In this document: piece by piece, positions 11,043-21,134 of the stretch | Numbering within the stretch: the stretch's first letter is position 1 | Layout of the letters: every line of letters begins with the position of its first letter | Assembly (NCBI GenBank): GCA_038245295.1 | Contig: JBBRSP010000046.1 | Location: forward strand, 1 to 33,025 | Direction of reading: 5' to 3' | DNA: 33,025 bases | DNA from: Candidatus Binatia bacterium | GTDB taxonomy: Bacteria > Desulfobacterota > Binatia > HRBIN30 | Position numbers and translations under genes: made by a program | The notes under the pieces: model-generated | What the model was told of the DNA's origin: nothing | Databases searched by the model: none | What the model saw: only the letters and a program-made list of their open reading frames with translations

Positions 11043-12521
11043 TCAGCAACGACTCAAACGATCGAGAATGTTGCGCGTGACGGCGTCAACATGCCGGTCG
11101 TCGAGGCCGTACGACCAATCCGTGCAACCACTACTTACGGTCGTGCCGCCATTCTGGAAGCTGCCAAGAATCGCATGACCGTACCGCAAACGTTCACAAC
11201 TCGCGGCGCTGTCGTCGCCGAGCAGCCGCTGCGCATGGAACTCCAACTCGTACTCGCCGCCCGGCGCCAGCGGCAGTTCCGTCGAATGCTTGTCGAAGGG
11301 CATCGCTGGTGCGCTTGCAACAATCTCGAAGGAGGCGGGGGTTCCATCGCGACCCGTCGCTACCGGTCGTCCGTCGAGCATCGTCACCTCGCAGCCATCA
11401 CATTCGTACCCAGCGACGAGCGGCGCGGCGCCCAGCACATCACCGAACGCGAGGCGGGTATTCTCGAACATCCAATGCTCCGGGCGATGGACCAGGTATC
11501 CGCCGCTGCCCAGCGGTACGCTGCTTGTGATGCGCGAGTAGCCGCCACGGGTGAACGAGGATCCGGTCAGGCGCGTTTCCGGACGACCGACCAGGGGATC
11601 GGACCATAAGGTCGTCACTCGTTGCGGACGCGACGCGTACAACGGATCCTCTCGGAAGCGATGCTTGAAGCACACCTGGCGAGCGTCCTCGAAACGGATC
11701 TGCCAGTACGACACGTTGCCAGAGAAGAACGCGGCATTGCCGCCGCCTGCGACGAACGACTCCACAGCATCGCGCATCTCCCACGACCAGTACTCGTCGT
11801 GCCCGACGCTGAGATAGAGAGCGTAACCGTCGAGCCGCTGCCGTCCGTGATGTAAGTCGGCACCACACGCGTAATCCAGCTCGTAGCCGTTGCGCTCGGC
11901 CCAGATGGCGAAGCGGCGCTCCCAGTTCGCCCAACCCGCCATGCCGTTCCACGGTGAGAGATCGTGGCGGCTGGTGAACATTACGTAGTCCTCGGCTCCC
12001 GTTCCCGGACGCACGCTCGCCAGGCGATGCCCCGCTTCGTCCGGCTTGTCGAGAAAGCCGCGGGCCAACGGTCGTTCAACCGACGTCGCCGTCGCCCCCG
12101 TGTAGTAATTGAGCCCGCCCATGTCGTTGTAGGCGTTCCACGTCGTCGTCGACAGCACCCAGAGGATCTTGCCGGTGCGTTCGGGTTTGGTACGCACAAC
12201 GAAGTAGGCCGTGCAGGCGTCCGCCCTTGTTGCCCCAGCACCGGTCAAGCGAACCAGGTACAGGCCGCTGGGCCAGTCGCTAGCAATGGGCACGCGCAAC
12301 GTCGCCGGCCAATCGAAGCCGCGTTCGAAGCCCGCCTCGGGAATCATCTGCGGCGCCGTGGCGACGGATGTCGCTCGCCAGACCACCTGCGGGTTGGCGC
12401 CGTCGCGCACCACTTCGATGTCGACGTGGGAGTCAGCTGCGGAGATGTGCAGGCTGACCACCTCGCCGGGTAAGACACTTTGTGGAATACAGTAGGCCAA
12501 GCTGGCAGCGCGATCCGACAT
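11043..12521 (-). CDS. N,N-dimethylformamidase large-subunit-like metalloamidase
   Basis: W-P-S-G-L-Y, YFVVR, TTWNAYN, SVGHDEYWS, GGNAAFFSGN..WQIRFE and GYECDG motifs resemble the DMFase beta-subunit C-terminal family. Start placed at ATG 12521 (MSDRAA) to avoid overlapping the divergent SDR. Confidence 0.8.
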   Translation of the reverse strand: MSDRAASLAYCIPQSVLPGEVVSLHISAADSHVDIEVVRDGANPQVVWRATSVATAPQMIPEAGFERGFDWPATLRVPIASDWPSGLYLVRLTGAGATRADACTAYFVVRTKPERTGKILWVLSTTTWNAYNDMGGLNYYTGATATSVERPLARGFLDKPDEAGHRLASVRPGTGAEDYVMFTSRHDLSPWNGMAGWANWERRFAIWAERNGYELDYACGADLHHGRQRLDGYALYLSVGHDEYWSWEMRDAVESFVAGGGNAAFFSGNVSYWQIRFEDARQVCFKHRFREDPLYASRPQRVTTLWSDPLVGRPETRLTGSSFTRGGYSRITSSVPLGSGGYLVHRPEHWMFENTRLAFGDVLGAAPLVAGYECDGCEVTMLDGRPVATGRDGTPASFEIVASAPAMPFDKHSTELPLAPGGEYELEFHAQRLLGDDSAASCERLRYGHAILGSFQNGGTTVSSGCTDWSYGLDDRHVDAVTRNILDRLSRC

Positions 12522-12627
12522 GGAGCACCGGTACAAACTGGATGCGCCGGACACAAGAGGCGCCGGGCCAGAGCTTCCCATCGACCACGCCAACCTGTTA
12601 ACCCAGGTCGGCGAAGGAGAGACAACC

Positions 12628-13473
12628 ATGGCCGCAGATCTCGACGGGCGCGTCGTTCTCATCACCGGGGCGAACACCGGCATCGGACGTGTCACCGCAA
12701 CCGAGTTGGCCGGCCGCGGCGCTCACGTCTTCCTGGCGTGCCGCTCAGCGGAGAAGGCCCAGCCCGTCCTCGACGAGATCAACAGCCGCGCCGGCATCAA
12801 GCGCGGCGCCGCAGCCGAGTTTCTGCCGCTCGACCTGACAGACCTCGCTTCGGTGCGGAACTGCGCCGCCCTCTTCCTCAAACGGAAACTGCCGCTCCAT
12901 ATCCTCATTAATAACGCCGGCCTAGCTGGGCAGCGTGGCCTGACCAAGGACGGCTTCGAGTTGGCTTTTGGCGTGAATCACCTCGGCCACTACCTTCTGA
13001 CCGAGCTGCTGCTGAAAACCCTGCGACGTAGCGCCCCAGCGCGTATCGTCATCGTCAGCAGCCGCGGTCACTATGATGCCAAGTCGATCGACTGGGACGC
13101 CTTACGCCAATCGACGCCGAGCATCACGGGGCTGAACGAATACGCGGTCTCCAAACTCTGCAACGTGTTGCACGGCAAGCGGTTGACCGAACGCCTCGAC
13201 GGCAGCGGCATCGAGGCGTTCTCGTTGCATCCGGGTGTCGTCGCCTCGGACGTCTGGCGCAGCGTGCCGTGGCCCTTCCGCTCGGTGATCAAACTCTTCA
13301 TGCTCTCCACGGAAGACGGAGCACGCACCTCGATCTACTGCGCCACCTCACCGGACGTCGCCGGCAAGAGCGGCGCTTATTTCGACGACTGTCGCGAACG
13401 CACCCCGAGTCAGCTCGCCTTGTCGAGCGAGCTGGCACACGAGCTGGAACGTCGCTGCAACGCTTGGCTGTGA
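12628..13473 (+). CDS. Short-chain dehydrogenase/reductase (retinol dehydrogenase/WWOX-like)
   Basis: ITGANTGIG, LINNAG, FGVNHLGH, RIVIVSS, YAVSK (YxxxK), LHPGVV; AGGAGA SD before ATG 12628. Confidence 0.93.
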   Translation: MAADLDGRVVLITGANTGIGRVTATELAGRGAHVFLACRSAEKAQPVLDEINSRAGIKRGAAAEFLPLDLTDLASVRNCAALFLKRKLPLHILINNAGLAGQRGLTKDGFELAFGVNHLGHYLLTELLLKTLRRSAPARIVIVSSRGHYDAKSIDWDALRQSTPSITGLNEYAVSKLCNVLHGKRLTERLDGSGIEAFSLHPGVVASDVWRSVPWPFRSVIKLFMLSTEDGARTSIYCATSPDVAGKSGAYFDDCRERTPSQLALSSELAHELERRCNAWL

Positions 13474-13630
13474 TCTTCGCAGGGCAGGCACCGGTTGCTT
13501 CTTGACCCTCAGCGCAGCGTGCGGGAGAACCTGAACATGAATCAGATCCTTCGTGAGGCTCGCCTCGCCTGGACCGCAATGCAGTCGCAAGCTGTCTTGA
13601 AGTGAACGCCGCGCCGGATTGGAGATCGCC

Positions 13631-15058
13631 ATGGCGCTGCATCAGCAACTGACTCGCGAAATCGACGAAGGTCCCAGTGGTCCCCATATCGGCGCCTTCT
13701 TCGACGTCGACCGCACCCTCATCGCACGCTTCTCGGCTCTGGACTTTCTACGTGATGGCATCTGGAGCGGACGCGTCGGCCCCTGGGAATTGCGCGATGC
13801 GATTACCACGGCGGTGCAATTTCAACGTCAGCAAATCGGTTTCTCGGCGTTCGTCACCGGTGTCAGCGGCATGCTGCTCGGACAATCGGAGGCCGAGTTC
13901 GCCGAAACCGGCACACGCATCTTCGCCGAGCGTCTTGCCGGCGCGATCTATCCCGAATCACGCGCCCTGGTCGAAGCGCATCTGCGCAAAGGTCACACGG
14001 TCGCCCTTGTGTCGGCAGCCACGCGCTATCAGATCGAGTCGCTGGCGAGCGATCTCGGCATCGAGCATATCCTCTGTACGCAACTCGAAGTGAAGGACGG
14101 ACGGTTCACCGGCGAAGTCGTCCGTCCGACATGTTACGGCGAAGGCAAAGCGTTCTACGCGCGCCGTCTGGCGCGAAAGCTCCGGCTGCACCTGAAGCAA
14201 AGCTACTTCTACACCGATAGTGATGAGGATCTGCCGTTGCTCGAGATCGTCGGAAGACCGCGGCCGCTCAATCCGAACCGAGCCCTCACAGAAATCGCCA
14301 CGGCGCGCGGTTGGACAGCCCGCCGCTTCACCAGCCGCGGCACACCCAGTGTTGCAGAAGTCGTACGCACGGGCCTCGCCATCGGCAGCATCGTGCCCTC
14401 TTTCCTGCTTGGCGTGCCGGCGGCAATTCTCGATGGCACATGGCGGCGGGCCATCAACATCGCCACGGGAACCTGGGGTGAGGTTGGCACCGCACTGGCC
14501 GGAGTTGACGTCCAGGTCGTCGGCGAAGAGCACCTGTGGTCGCACCGCCCTGCCGTCTTCATTTTCAACCATCAGAGCGGCGTCGACATGTTGCTGATCG
14601 CCAAGCTGCTGCGCCGCGACATCGTTGCCGTCGCCAAGCAGGAGCTGCGCCGCAACCCGATTTTTGGCCCGGCCTTCGCTTTGGCCGGAACCGTGTTCAT
14701 CGATCGCTTCGATCGCGACAAGGCAATCGAAGCGCTGCAGCCGGCGGTCGATGCGCTGCGCCAAGGCTTGTCCCTGGTGATTGCACCGGAGGGCACACGC
14801 AGCCCAACGCCGCGACTCGGCAAGTTCAAGAAAGGCGCCTTCCACATGGCGATGGCTGCCGGTGTACCCATCGTGCCGATCATCTTCCGTAACGCGTTGG
14901 ACGCCTTACCAAAACACGGCATCGTCGTGCGCGGTACGGTCATCGAAGCCGTCGTGCACGCGCCGATTCAGACGGGCCATTGGACGTTGGACAATCTCGA
15001 AGATCAAATCGAGGCGGTGCGACGCATCTACCTAGATACACTCGGACAAGAGCACTAA
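13631..15058 (+). CDS. Bifunctional HAD-IB phosphatase / lysophospholipid (PlsC-type) acyltransferase
   Basis: N-terminal HAD motifs FFDVDRT, VSAA, GEGK, YTDSDEDLPLL; C-terminal acyltransferase motifs NHQSGVD, FIDR, APEGTRS, FKKGAF. GGAG SD before ATG 13631. Confidence 0.9.
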   Translation: MALHQQLTREIDEGPSGPHIGAFFDVDRTLIARFSALDFLRDGIWSGRVGPWELRDAITTAVQFQRQQIGFSAFVTGVSGMLLGQSEAEFAETGTRIFAERLAGAIYPESRALVEAHLRKGHTVALVSAATRYQIESLASDLGIEHILCTQLEVKDGRFTGEVVRPTCYGEGKAFYARRLARKLRLHLKQSYFYTDSDEDLPLLEIVGRPRPLNPNRALTEIATARGWTARRFTSRGTPSVAEVVRTGLAIGSIVPSFLLGVPAAILDGTWRRAINIATGTWGEVGTALAGVDVQVVGEEHLWSHRPAVFIFNHQSGVDMLLIAKLLRRDIVAVAKQELRRNPIFGPAFALAGTVFIDRFDRDKAIEALQPAVDALRQGLSLVIAPEGTRSPTPRLGKFKKGAFHMAMAAGVPIVPIIFRNALDALPKHGIVVRGTVIEAVVHAPIQTGHWTLDNLEDQIEAVRRIYLDTLGQEH

Positions 15059-15165
15059 CGGGTTTTACCGATACGGTTTGGAAGTTTGCTCGCCGCATGA
15101 CATTGGGCGACGGGTCCACGGACGCGGCAACGGCGAGTAGTGTCACCGTCAGCCGCCTTCCAGCT

Positions 15166-16449
15166 TCAGTCCAAAACGTGAAAGACCAGGCCCGTCAACA
15201 GTTTTGGGAAGAAGTAAGTCGACTTCTGCGGCATGGTTTGTCCGGCACCGCAGACCGACACGAGGTCTTCGACGTGCGGCGGCTGCATGAAGAAAACCGC
15301 CTCGGCTCCCGAGGACAACGCCCCGAACGCCTCGCCTTCGTCATGCGTGTAGATGAGCTTCCCCGCCTGCCCGGCCGCCACGCAGTCGAGCTCGAGTAGG
15401 CCGCTGAGCAGCACCGAGTCGAGCACCGCGACGTCGAGACGTCGTACCTCGGGCGCAACATCCGGCGCATAACGCTGCGCCAACTGCTCGTCGCGCAATG
15501 TGGCGATCCACATCGTGTCCTTGCCTTGCAGCGCCACCCCGAAGCTGCCGTGATTCGGCGCCGCCTGCAACGCGGCGCGGAAGTCGGCCTGCGCCGCGAT
15601 CGGGTACTCCTGGAGATTGAAGTGCTCGCGCAGGACGGCTTCGGCACGTTTGACGTCGAACTTCTCGACTTCCTTGATGACGCGATGCGTGGGCAGGATC
15701 ACCAGCCCGGGATCGTGCATGCTGGTCAGATACATCAGGATGAAGTTGTGCGGCGCCTCGGGATCGGTGTCACCCTCGGCGTGGCGCAGATCGCGATAGG
15801 CCAGGGCCGTCTCGTAGCGATGATGGCCGTCGGCAATGATGATCTCGGCATCCGCCAGGGCGGCAAGTACGTTGCTGGTCACTTTGCCTTCCGGCAGTAA
15901 CCAGACGCGATGGCGTTCCCCCGCGTCGTCGACCAGATCCATGTCGGCTGGCTTGCGGCCCGCCACCACCTTGGGAAACTCGAGGGCATCCGGGCGCTGA
16001 GCATACAGTCCGAAGATGGGGCTAAGGTTAGCGCGGCAAGCGCGCATCAGTTTCAATCGGTCTTCCTTGGCACGCGCGAACGTCCGCTCGTGCGGCCGAA
16101 TCCGCCCGGTAGAGAACGGTTCGAGACGCACCGCCGCCAGAATCCCGGAGCGCTCGTGTTCGCTGCCGTCCGGTAGGCGAAAGTTCTCGACATAATAAGC
16201 CAGGGACGCCTGCGACTCCTGCACGAGGATCTTCTCGTCACGCCATTCCTGGAAATGCTTTGCCGCATCTGCGTAGGGGTCGGCTTCGCGATTGAGGATC
16301 AGCCGGATCACGTTGTCGGGGTGGCGGTCATAGAGCTCGGCGCGTTTGGCCGGACTGATCACGTCGTACGGCGGGGCAACGACCTTCTCCAATTGAGGCA
16401 GCAGAGCTGGGTTGTATCGTAGTGGCCGAAAGGTCCGCATCATCACCAT
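15166..16449 (-). CDS. DUF1015 family protein
   Basis: APPYDVIS, IRPHERT, NLSPIFGLY, IADGHHRYETA, LVILPTHRV, MPQKSTYFFPKLLTGL. Confidence 0.9.
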   Translation of the reverse strand: MVMMRTFRPLRYNPALLPQLEKVVAPPYDVISPAKRAELYDRHPDNVIRLILNREADPYADAAKHFQEWRDEKILVQESQASLAYYVENFRLPDGSEHERSGILAAVRLEPFSTGRIRPHERTFARAKEDRLKLMRACRANLSPIFGLYAQRPDALEFPKVVAGRKPADMDLVDDAGERHRVWLLPEGKVTSNVLAALADAEIIIADGHHRYETALAYRDLRHAEGDTDPEAPHNFILMYLTSMHDPGLVILPTHRVIKEVEKFDVKRAEAVLREHFNLQEYPIAAQADFRAALQAAPNHGSFGVALQGKDTMWIATLRDEQLAQRYAPDVAPEVRRLDVAVLDSVLLSGLLELDCVAAGQAGKLIYTHDEGEAFGALSSGAEAVFFMQPPHVEDLVSVCGAGQTMPQKSTYFFPKLLTGLVFHVLD

Positions 16450-16455
16450 GAGTCT

Positions 16456-17067
16456 TCAGTTCCCTTCCCAAGCTTCTTGCAGCGTCGCCGCCGGGATCGC
16501 TCCGGCGCGCATGATCTGCAGTTCCTTGTCCGCGCGCACGACGCTCGAGGCCGGTTCGCCGGCTAACACGCCGCCATCGACATAAGCATCAACGCGATCT
16601 TCGAAATAGTGGTACGCCAACTCGAGAGTGAGCGGCGGCTTGGCCCCCGCCGGGTTGGCGCTCGGTGTTGTCAGGGGCCGGCCAAGGCGCCGCACCAACT
16701 CCATCGCCAGCGGGTGGCTCGAGACTCGGACACCGATCGTCCCGCTGCCACCGGTCAGAACTTCCGAAACGGACGGCCGCGCCGGCAAGACCAGAGTAAG
16801 AGGTCCGGGCCAAAAGCGACGCGCCAAACGGATCGCTTTGTCCGGCAGGACCGCCGCAAGCTGCGATACCATTTCAAGATCGCTGACCAGCACGGCAATC
16901 GGTTTGCCGGGCTCACGGCCTTTCAGTTCGATCAAGCGCTGCAGCGCTTGCGGATTGGCGGCATCAACGCCCAGCCCGTAGAGGGTTTCGGTCGGGTAGA
17001 CGACCGCTCCTCCATCGTGAAGAAGGCGCGCCGCTGCGTCGACACTGGTCGAAACGATCGCCGTCAT
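16456..17067 (-). CDS. tsaC: L-threonylcarbamoyladenylate synthase (TsaC/YrdC)
   Basis: YPTETLYGLG, KGR..KP, FWPGPLTLVL, IGVR, TPSAN; single YrdC domain, start at MTAIV. Confidence 0.93.
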   Translation of the reverse strand: MTAIVSTSVDAAARLLHDGGAVVYPTETLYGLGVDAANPQALQRLIELKGREPGKPIAVLVSDLEMVSQLAAVLPDKAIRLARRFWPGPLTLVLPARPSVSEVLTGGSGTIGVRVSSHPLAMELVRRLGRPLTTPSANPAGAKPPLTLELAYHYFEDRVDAYVDGGVLAGEPASSVVRADKELQIMRAGAIPAATLQEAWEGN

Positions 17068-17078
17068 GGCGTCACGGC

Positions 17079-18353
17079 TTACTTTGAACCGAGAGCGCGG
17101 TGGCCGATGTCGCGGCGGTAGTGCAGGCCATCCCACTGGATCTTTTCAACCGCACCGTATGCTTCGGCAACCGCATCGGCGATCGTCGTGCCAAGAGCCG
17201 TAACCCCGAGCACACGCCCGCCGTTGGTCACAACAGCATCACCGCGCTGCGCCGTGCCGCCATGAAATACCGCGCCATTCTTCCACGCGCTCAGTGCGTC
17301 GAGGCCGCGGATGACCTTGCCCTTCTCGTAGTTGCCCGGGTACCCCGCCGCCGCCATCACCACACACGCGGCGGCACGTTCGTCCCATTCGACCTTCTGC
17401 TCAGCCAACCGACGGTCAATGCAGGCTTCCATCAACTCGACCAGGTCGCTGCGCAACCGCAACATCAGCGGCTGGCATTCCGGATCTCCAAAGCGCGAGT
17501 TAAACTCCAATACCTTCGGCCCCTTCGCCGTCACCATCACGCCGGCGTAGAGCACGCCGCGATAGTCGATCTTCAGTGCCCGCAAACCGTCCAACGTCGG
17601 CTGCATGATCTCGTTCATGACGCGATCGTGCAGCTCGGGCGTCATGACCGGTGCCGGCGAGTACGCCCCCATGCCACCGGTGTTCGGCCCGAGATCTCCA
17701 TCGAAGGCCCGCTTGTGATCCTGCGACGATGCCATCGGCAGTACCGTCTTGCCATCCGTCAGAGCAATGAACGACACTTCTTCGCCCTCGAGAAATTCCT
17801 CGACGACGACACGAGCACCGGCATCGCCGAACAGACGCGACACCATGATCTCGTCAACCGCGGCGTGGCCTTCCTTGATGCTTTGACAGATCAGGACGCC
17901 CTTCCCCGCCGCCAGGCCATCGGCCTTGACGACAATCGGCGCGCCGACTTCCGAAATGTAACGCTTGGCCTCGTCTGGATCGGCGAAGGCACTGTAGAAT
18001 CCTGTCGGGATCTCGAAGCGACGGAAGAGATCCTTGGTAAACACTTTGCTGCCTTCGAGCTGCGCCCCATCGCGCGTCGGACCAAAGGCGCGCAGGTTGC
18101 TTTTCTTGAATTCGTCAACGATGCCGAGTGTCAGCGGCAACTCCGGCCCGACGACCGTCAGATCGATCGCGCGCTCGCGTGCGAAACGCACCAAGGCCGC
18201 GACATCGTCGGCGGCGATTGGCACCAGGTCGGCGAGATCGGCAATACCGGCATTGCCCGGCGCGCAGAAAACCGCGGTAACCCGCGGCGATTGGCGAATC
18301 TTCCACACCAGCGCGTGTTCGCGCCCGCCGCTGCCTATGACGAGAACCTTCAT
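17079..18353 (-). CDS. purD: Phosphoribosylamine-glycine ligase
   Basis: MKVLVIGSGGREHAL, VVKADGLAAGKGV, QDHKR..GPNTGGMGAYSP, EFNSRFGDPE. Confidence 0.99.
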   Translation of the reverse strand: MKVLVIGSGGREHALVWKIRQSPRVTAVFCAPGNAGIADLADLVPIAADDVAALVRFARERAIDLTVVGPELPLTLGIVDEFKKSNLRAFGPTRDGAQLEGSKVFTKDLFRRFEIPTGFYSAFADPDEAKRYISEVGAPIVVKADGLAAGKGVLICQSIKEGHAAVDEIMVSRLFGDAGARVVVEEFLEGEEVSFIALTDGKTVLPMASSQDHKRAFDGDLGPNTGGMGAYSPAPVMTPELHDRVMNEIMQPTLDGLRALKIDYRGVLYAGVMVTAKGPKVLEFNSRFGDPECQPLMLRLRSDLVELMEACIDRRLAEQKVEWDERAAACVVMAAAGYPGNYEKGKVIRGLDALSAWKNGAVFHGGTAQRGDAVVTNGGRVLGVTALGTTIADAVAEAYGAVEKIQWDGLHYRRDIGHRALGSK

Positions 18354-18363
18354 CCTTACCCCA

Positions 18364-19920
18364 TCAGTGTCGGAAGTGGCGCACGCCGGTGAGCACCATC
18401 GCCACACCAAGTCTATCGGCCGACGCAATCACTTCGTCATCTCGCACGCTGCCGCCCGGCTGAATGATTGCCACGGCGCCGGCTTTGACGGCCTCTTCCA
18501 TTCCGTCGGGGAAAGGGAAGAACGCGTCGCTTGCCAGCACCGAGCCCTTCAGGGAAATGCCGACACGCGCCGCCTTGTCGCGCGCCGCGTGCACCGGATC
18601 GACACGCGAGGTGGCGCCGCCGCCGACGGCCAGAGTGCCGTGCTCGTTTACGAAGGTGATGGCATTCGACTTCACGTGTTTGACCACCTTGAGCCCAAAC
18701 GCCATGGCCGCGTACTCGGCATCGGTCGGTTTGCGTTTGGTCACCAGCTTGGCGCCACGCGGATCCTCGATGGCGCGGTCGCCGTCGGACACCAACAGGC
18801 CGCCGTACACGCCGCGCACCTCCCGCGTCGACGTGCGCAACGGCGCCGGATTCCAGAGCATCACGCGGCGGTTTTTCTTCTGCTTGAGGAACTCAAGTGC
18901 CTCGGGCGAGAAGTCGGGAGCGATCAGCACCTCGGTGAAAATCTCATCGACGTGTTTGGCCAGTTCCAGCGTCCACGGCCGGTTGCTGATCAAAATGCCG
19001 CCGAACGGTGAGTCGGGATCCGTCGCAAATGCGCGTTTGTACGCTTCCAGGTCGTTGACGCCAACGCCAACGCCGCACGGCGTATTGTGTTTGAGGATTG
19101 CCACGCAGGCTTGCGGGTCGTCGGCAAACTCGAGCATCAGATAGAGCGCCGCGTTGATATCGACGATGTTGTTGTACGACAGCTCCTTGCCATGCAACTG
19201 CTGCGCCACGTCGAAGAAGGTGCCGTAGAGTGCGGCGGTCTGGTGTGGGTTCTCGCCGTAGCGCAGGTCCTGCGCCTTGTGCAGGCCGATGTGAACCGTC
19301 TCCCCAAGGCTGACACGTTTGCCCGATTCGTCGACGCTGCCCAGGTAATCGGCGATCATGCCGTCGTAGTGGGCCGTCGTCTGGAACGCTTTGCGCGCCA
19401 GGCGCGTGTTCGTGGCAACCGACACGGCACCGGCGTTACCCTTCATCTCGGCGAGCAGGTTGGCGTAGTCGGCAGGGTCGACCAGAACGGTGACGTCATG
19501 GTGATTCTTGGCCGCCGAGCGCACCATCGACGGGCCGCCGATGTCAATGTTCTCGATCGCGTCCTCGAGCGTGCAATCCGGCTTGGCGATGGTCGCCTCG
19601 AACGGGTAGAGATTGACGACAACCATATCGATCGGCTCGATGTGGTTGGTCTTCATCTGCTCGCGATGTTTGGCGTCGCCGCGAATGCCGAGCAGACCGC
19701 CGTGAATCTTCGGATGCAGCGTCTTGACCCGCCCGTCGAGGATCTCCGGTGAGCCGGTATAGTCACTCACCGCGACGACGGGGATGCCGTTGTCCGCGAG
19801 CAGCTTCGCCGTGCCGCCCGTCGACAGCACCTCGACGCCGAAATCACGCAACCCTTTGACGAACTCGACCAATCCTTGCTTGTCGCTCACACTGATCAGC
19901 GCCCGTGCGATCTTCGCCAT
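18364..19920 (-). CDS. purH: Bifunctional AICAR transformylase / IMP cyclohydrolase
   Basis: RALISVSDK, GRVKTLHP, IDIGGPS, LRYGENPHQ, KHNTPCG, ASDAFFPFPD, RHFRH C-terminus. Confidence 0.99.
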   Translation of the reverse strand: MAKIARALISVSDKQGLVEFVKGLRDFGVEVLSTGGTAKLLADNGIPVVAVSDYTGSPEILDGRVKTLHPKIHGGLLGIRGDAKHREQMKTNHIEPIDMVVVNLYPFEATIAKPDCTLEDAIENIDIGGPSMVRSAAKNHHDVTVLVDPADYANLLAEMKGNAGAVSVATNTRLARKAFQTTAHYDGMIADYLGSVDESGKRVSLGETVHIGLHKAQDLRYGENPHQTAALYGTFFDVAQQLHGKELSYNNIVDINAALYLMLEFADDPQACVAILKHNTPCGVGVGVNDLEAYKRAFATDPDSPFGGILISNRPWTLELAKHVDEIFTEVLIAPDFSPEALEFLKQKKNRRVMLWNPAPLRTSTREVRGVYGGLLVSDGDRAIEDPRGAKLVTKRKPTDAEYAAMAFGLKVVKHVKSNAITFVNEHGTLAVGGGATSRVDPVHAARDKAARVGISLKGSVLASDAFFPFPDGMEEAVKAGAVAIIQPGGSVRDDEVIASADRLGVAMVLTGVRHFRH

Positions 19921-19934
19921 GACCCGCTCCTCCC

Positions 19935-21056
19935 CTACTCCACCAAAATTCTTGGCACTCGTTTGCCGAGGCGTGTCAGGAATTCGTAGCCGACCGTGTC
20001 CTGCCACGCGGCCACTTCATTCACGTCGATGTGCGCGTCGCCTTGTTGGCCCCACAGCACAACCTCGTCTCCCAGTTGCGCCTCGGGAATGTCGGTCAAG
20101 TCAACCATCGTAAGATCCATACACACGGTTCCGGCAATCGGGGCGCGCTTGCCGCGCACCAGCACGCTGCCGCGATTCGACAGTTGTCGTCCATAGCCAT
20201 CGGCGTAGCCGATCGACAAGACGCCGATGCGACTCGGACGCTGCGCCACGAAGGTTTGCCCGTAGCTGATCGGCACTCCGACGGCGACCTGCTTGATCTG
20301 CAACACGTGGGTAACCAGTCGCATCGCCGGACGGATTTCGTCTGGCACCGCGGTCGCCGACGGACCGGCGCCGTACAAGACGATTCCCGGGCGTGCCAAC
20401 GTGAAGTGTGTGTCGCGCCGCGCCACACTGGCGGCACTGTTGGCGAGATGGACGTCGCGCGGCGAGAAGCCAGCCGATTTGGTCATGGCCAGCGCAGCTC
20501 GAAACCGTTCAACCTGATGGTCGGAGATCTCGCGGTCGACACGATCGGAGTTGCCGAAATGCGAGAACAAACCTTCAAGTTGGAGGCCCGTACCGCGCAA
20601 TTGCTCGAGCAACGGGCCCAACTCATCGGGCAGAACACCGATGCGGCCCATGCCCGTGTCGACTTTGAGATGCACCCGCAGGCTGCGTCCGGCGGGCAGC
20701 GCGGCATTCAGGTCACGCACCATCTCCGCATGCAGGACCGCGGTGGCAAGGTCATACTCGAGCAGTGTCGACACATCGGCACCACGCGACCCGGCGAGAA
20801 TCAGGATCGGACGTTTGATCCCGGCATCCCGCAGCTCGAGTGCTTCGTCGAGGGTCGCCACACCAAACGCGTCGGCGCCGGCGGCTTCGAAAATCGGCCC
20901 TACCAGCTTGGCGCCGTGGCCGTAGCCATCGGCTTTGACGATGGTGAGCAGGCGTGCCGAAGCATCGACGCAGCGGCGCACAGCGGCGAGATTGCAGCGC
21001 AGCGCCGAGGCGGAAATTTCGGCGTACGTGAGACGACCCTGAGTTGGAGAAATCAT
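19935..21056 (-). CDS. alr: Alanine racemase
   Basis: PLP lysine motif VKADGYGHG, HLKVDTGMGRIG, SHF, HLANSA, RPGI.LYG, ISYG, GYADG, VCMD. Confidence 0.98.
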   Translation of the reverse strand: MISPTQGRLTYAEISASALRCNLAAVRRCVDASARLLTIVKADGYGHGAKLVGPIFEAAGADAFGVATLDEALELRDAGIKRPILILAGSRGADVSTLLEYDLATAVLHAEMVRDLNAALPAGRSLRVHLKVDTGMGRIGVLPDELGPLLEQLRGTGLQLEGLFSHFGNSDRVDREISDHQVERFRAALAMTKSAGFSPRDVHLANSAASVARRDTHFTLARPGIVLYGAGPSATAVPDEIRPAMRLVTHVLQIKQVAVGVPISYGQTFVAQRPSRIGVLSIGYADGYGRQLSNRGSVLVRGKRAPIAGTVCMDLTMVDLTDIPEAQLGDEVVLWGQQGDAHIDVNEVAAWQDTVGYEFLTRLGKRVPRILVE

Positions 21057-21099
21057 CGATGCGTTAAGAAAGCGCCGGAGCTACCAGAGGCCCTCCGTG

Positions 21100-21128
21100 T
21101 TGTAAAGGTAGATGCCGGTGACTATCAC
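21100..21128 (+). promoter_or_regulatory. Candidate promoter for thiS-thiG-thiE (probably leaderless)
   Basis: TTGTAA (21100-21105), 17 nt spacer, TATCAC (21123-21128); the thiS ATG starts 7 nt after the last base of the -10. Confidence 0.45.
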
Positions 21129-21134
21129 GATGAC

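Noticed and set aside
12520..12695. Overlapping N-terminal extensions of the SDR and DMFase-like ORFs
   Set aside because: Longest-ORF artefacts; starts at 12628 (with SD) and 12521 remove the overlap.
17100..19752. Long plus-strand ORFs opposite purD/purH
   Set aside because: Antisense shadow ORFs of conserved genes.
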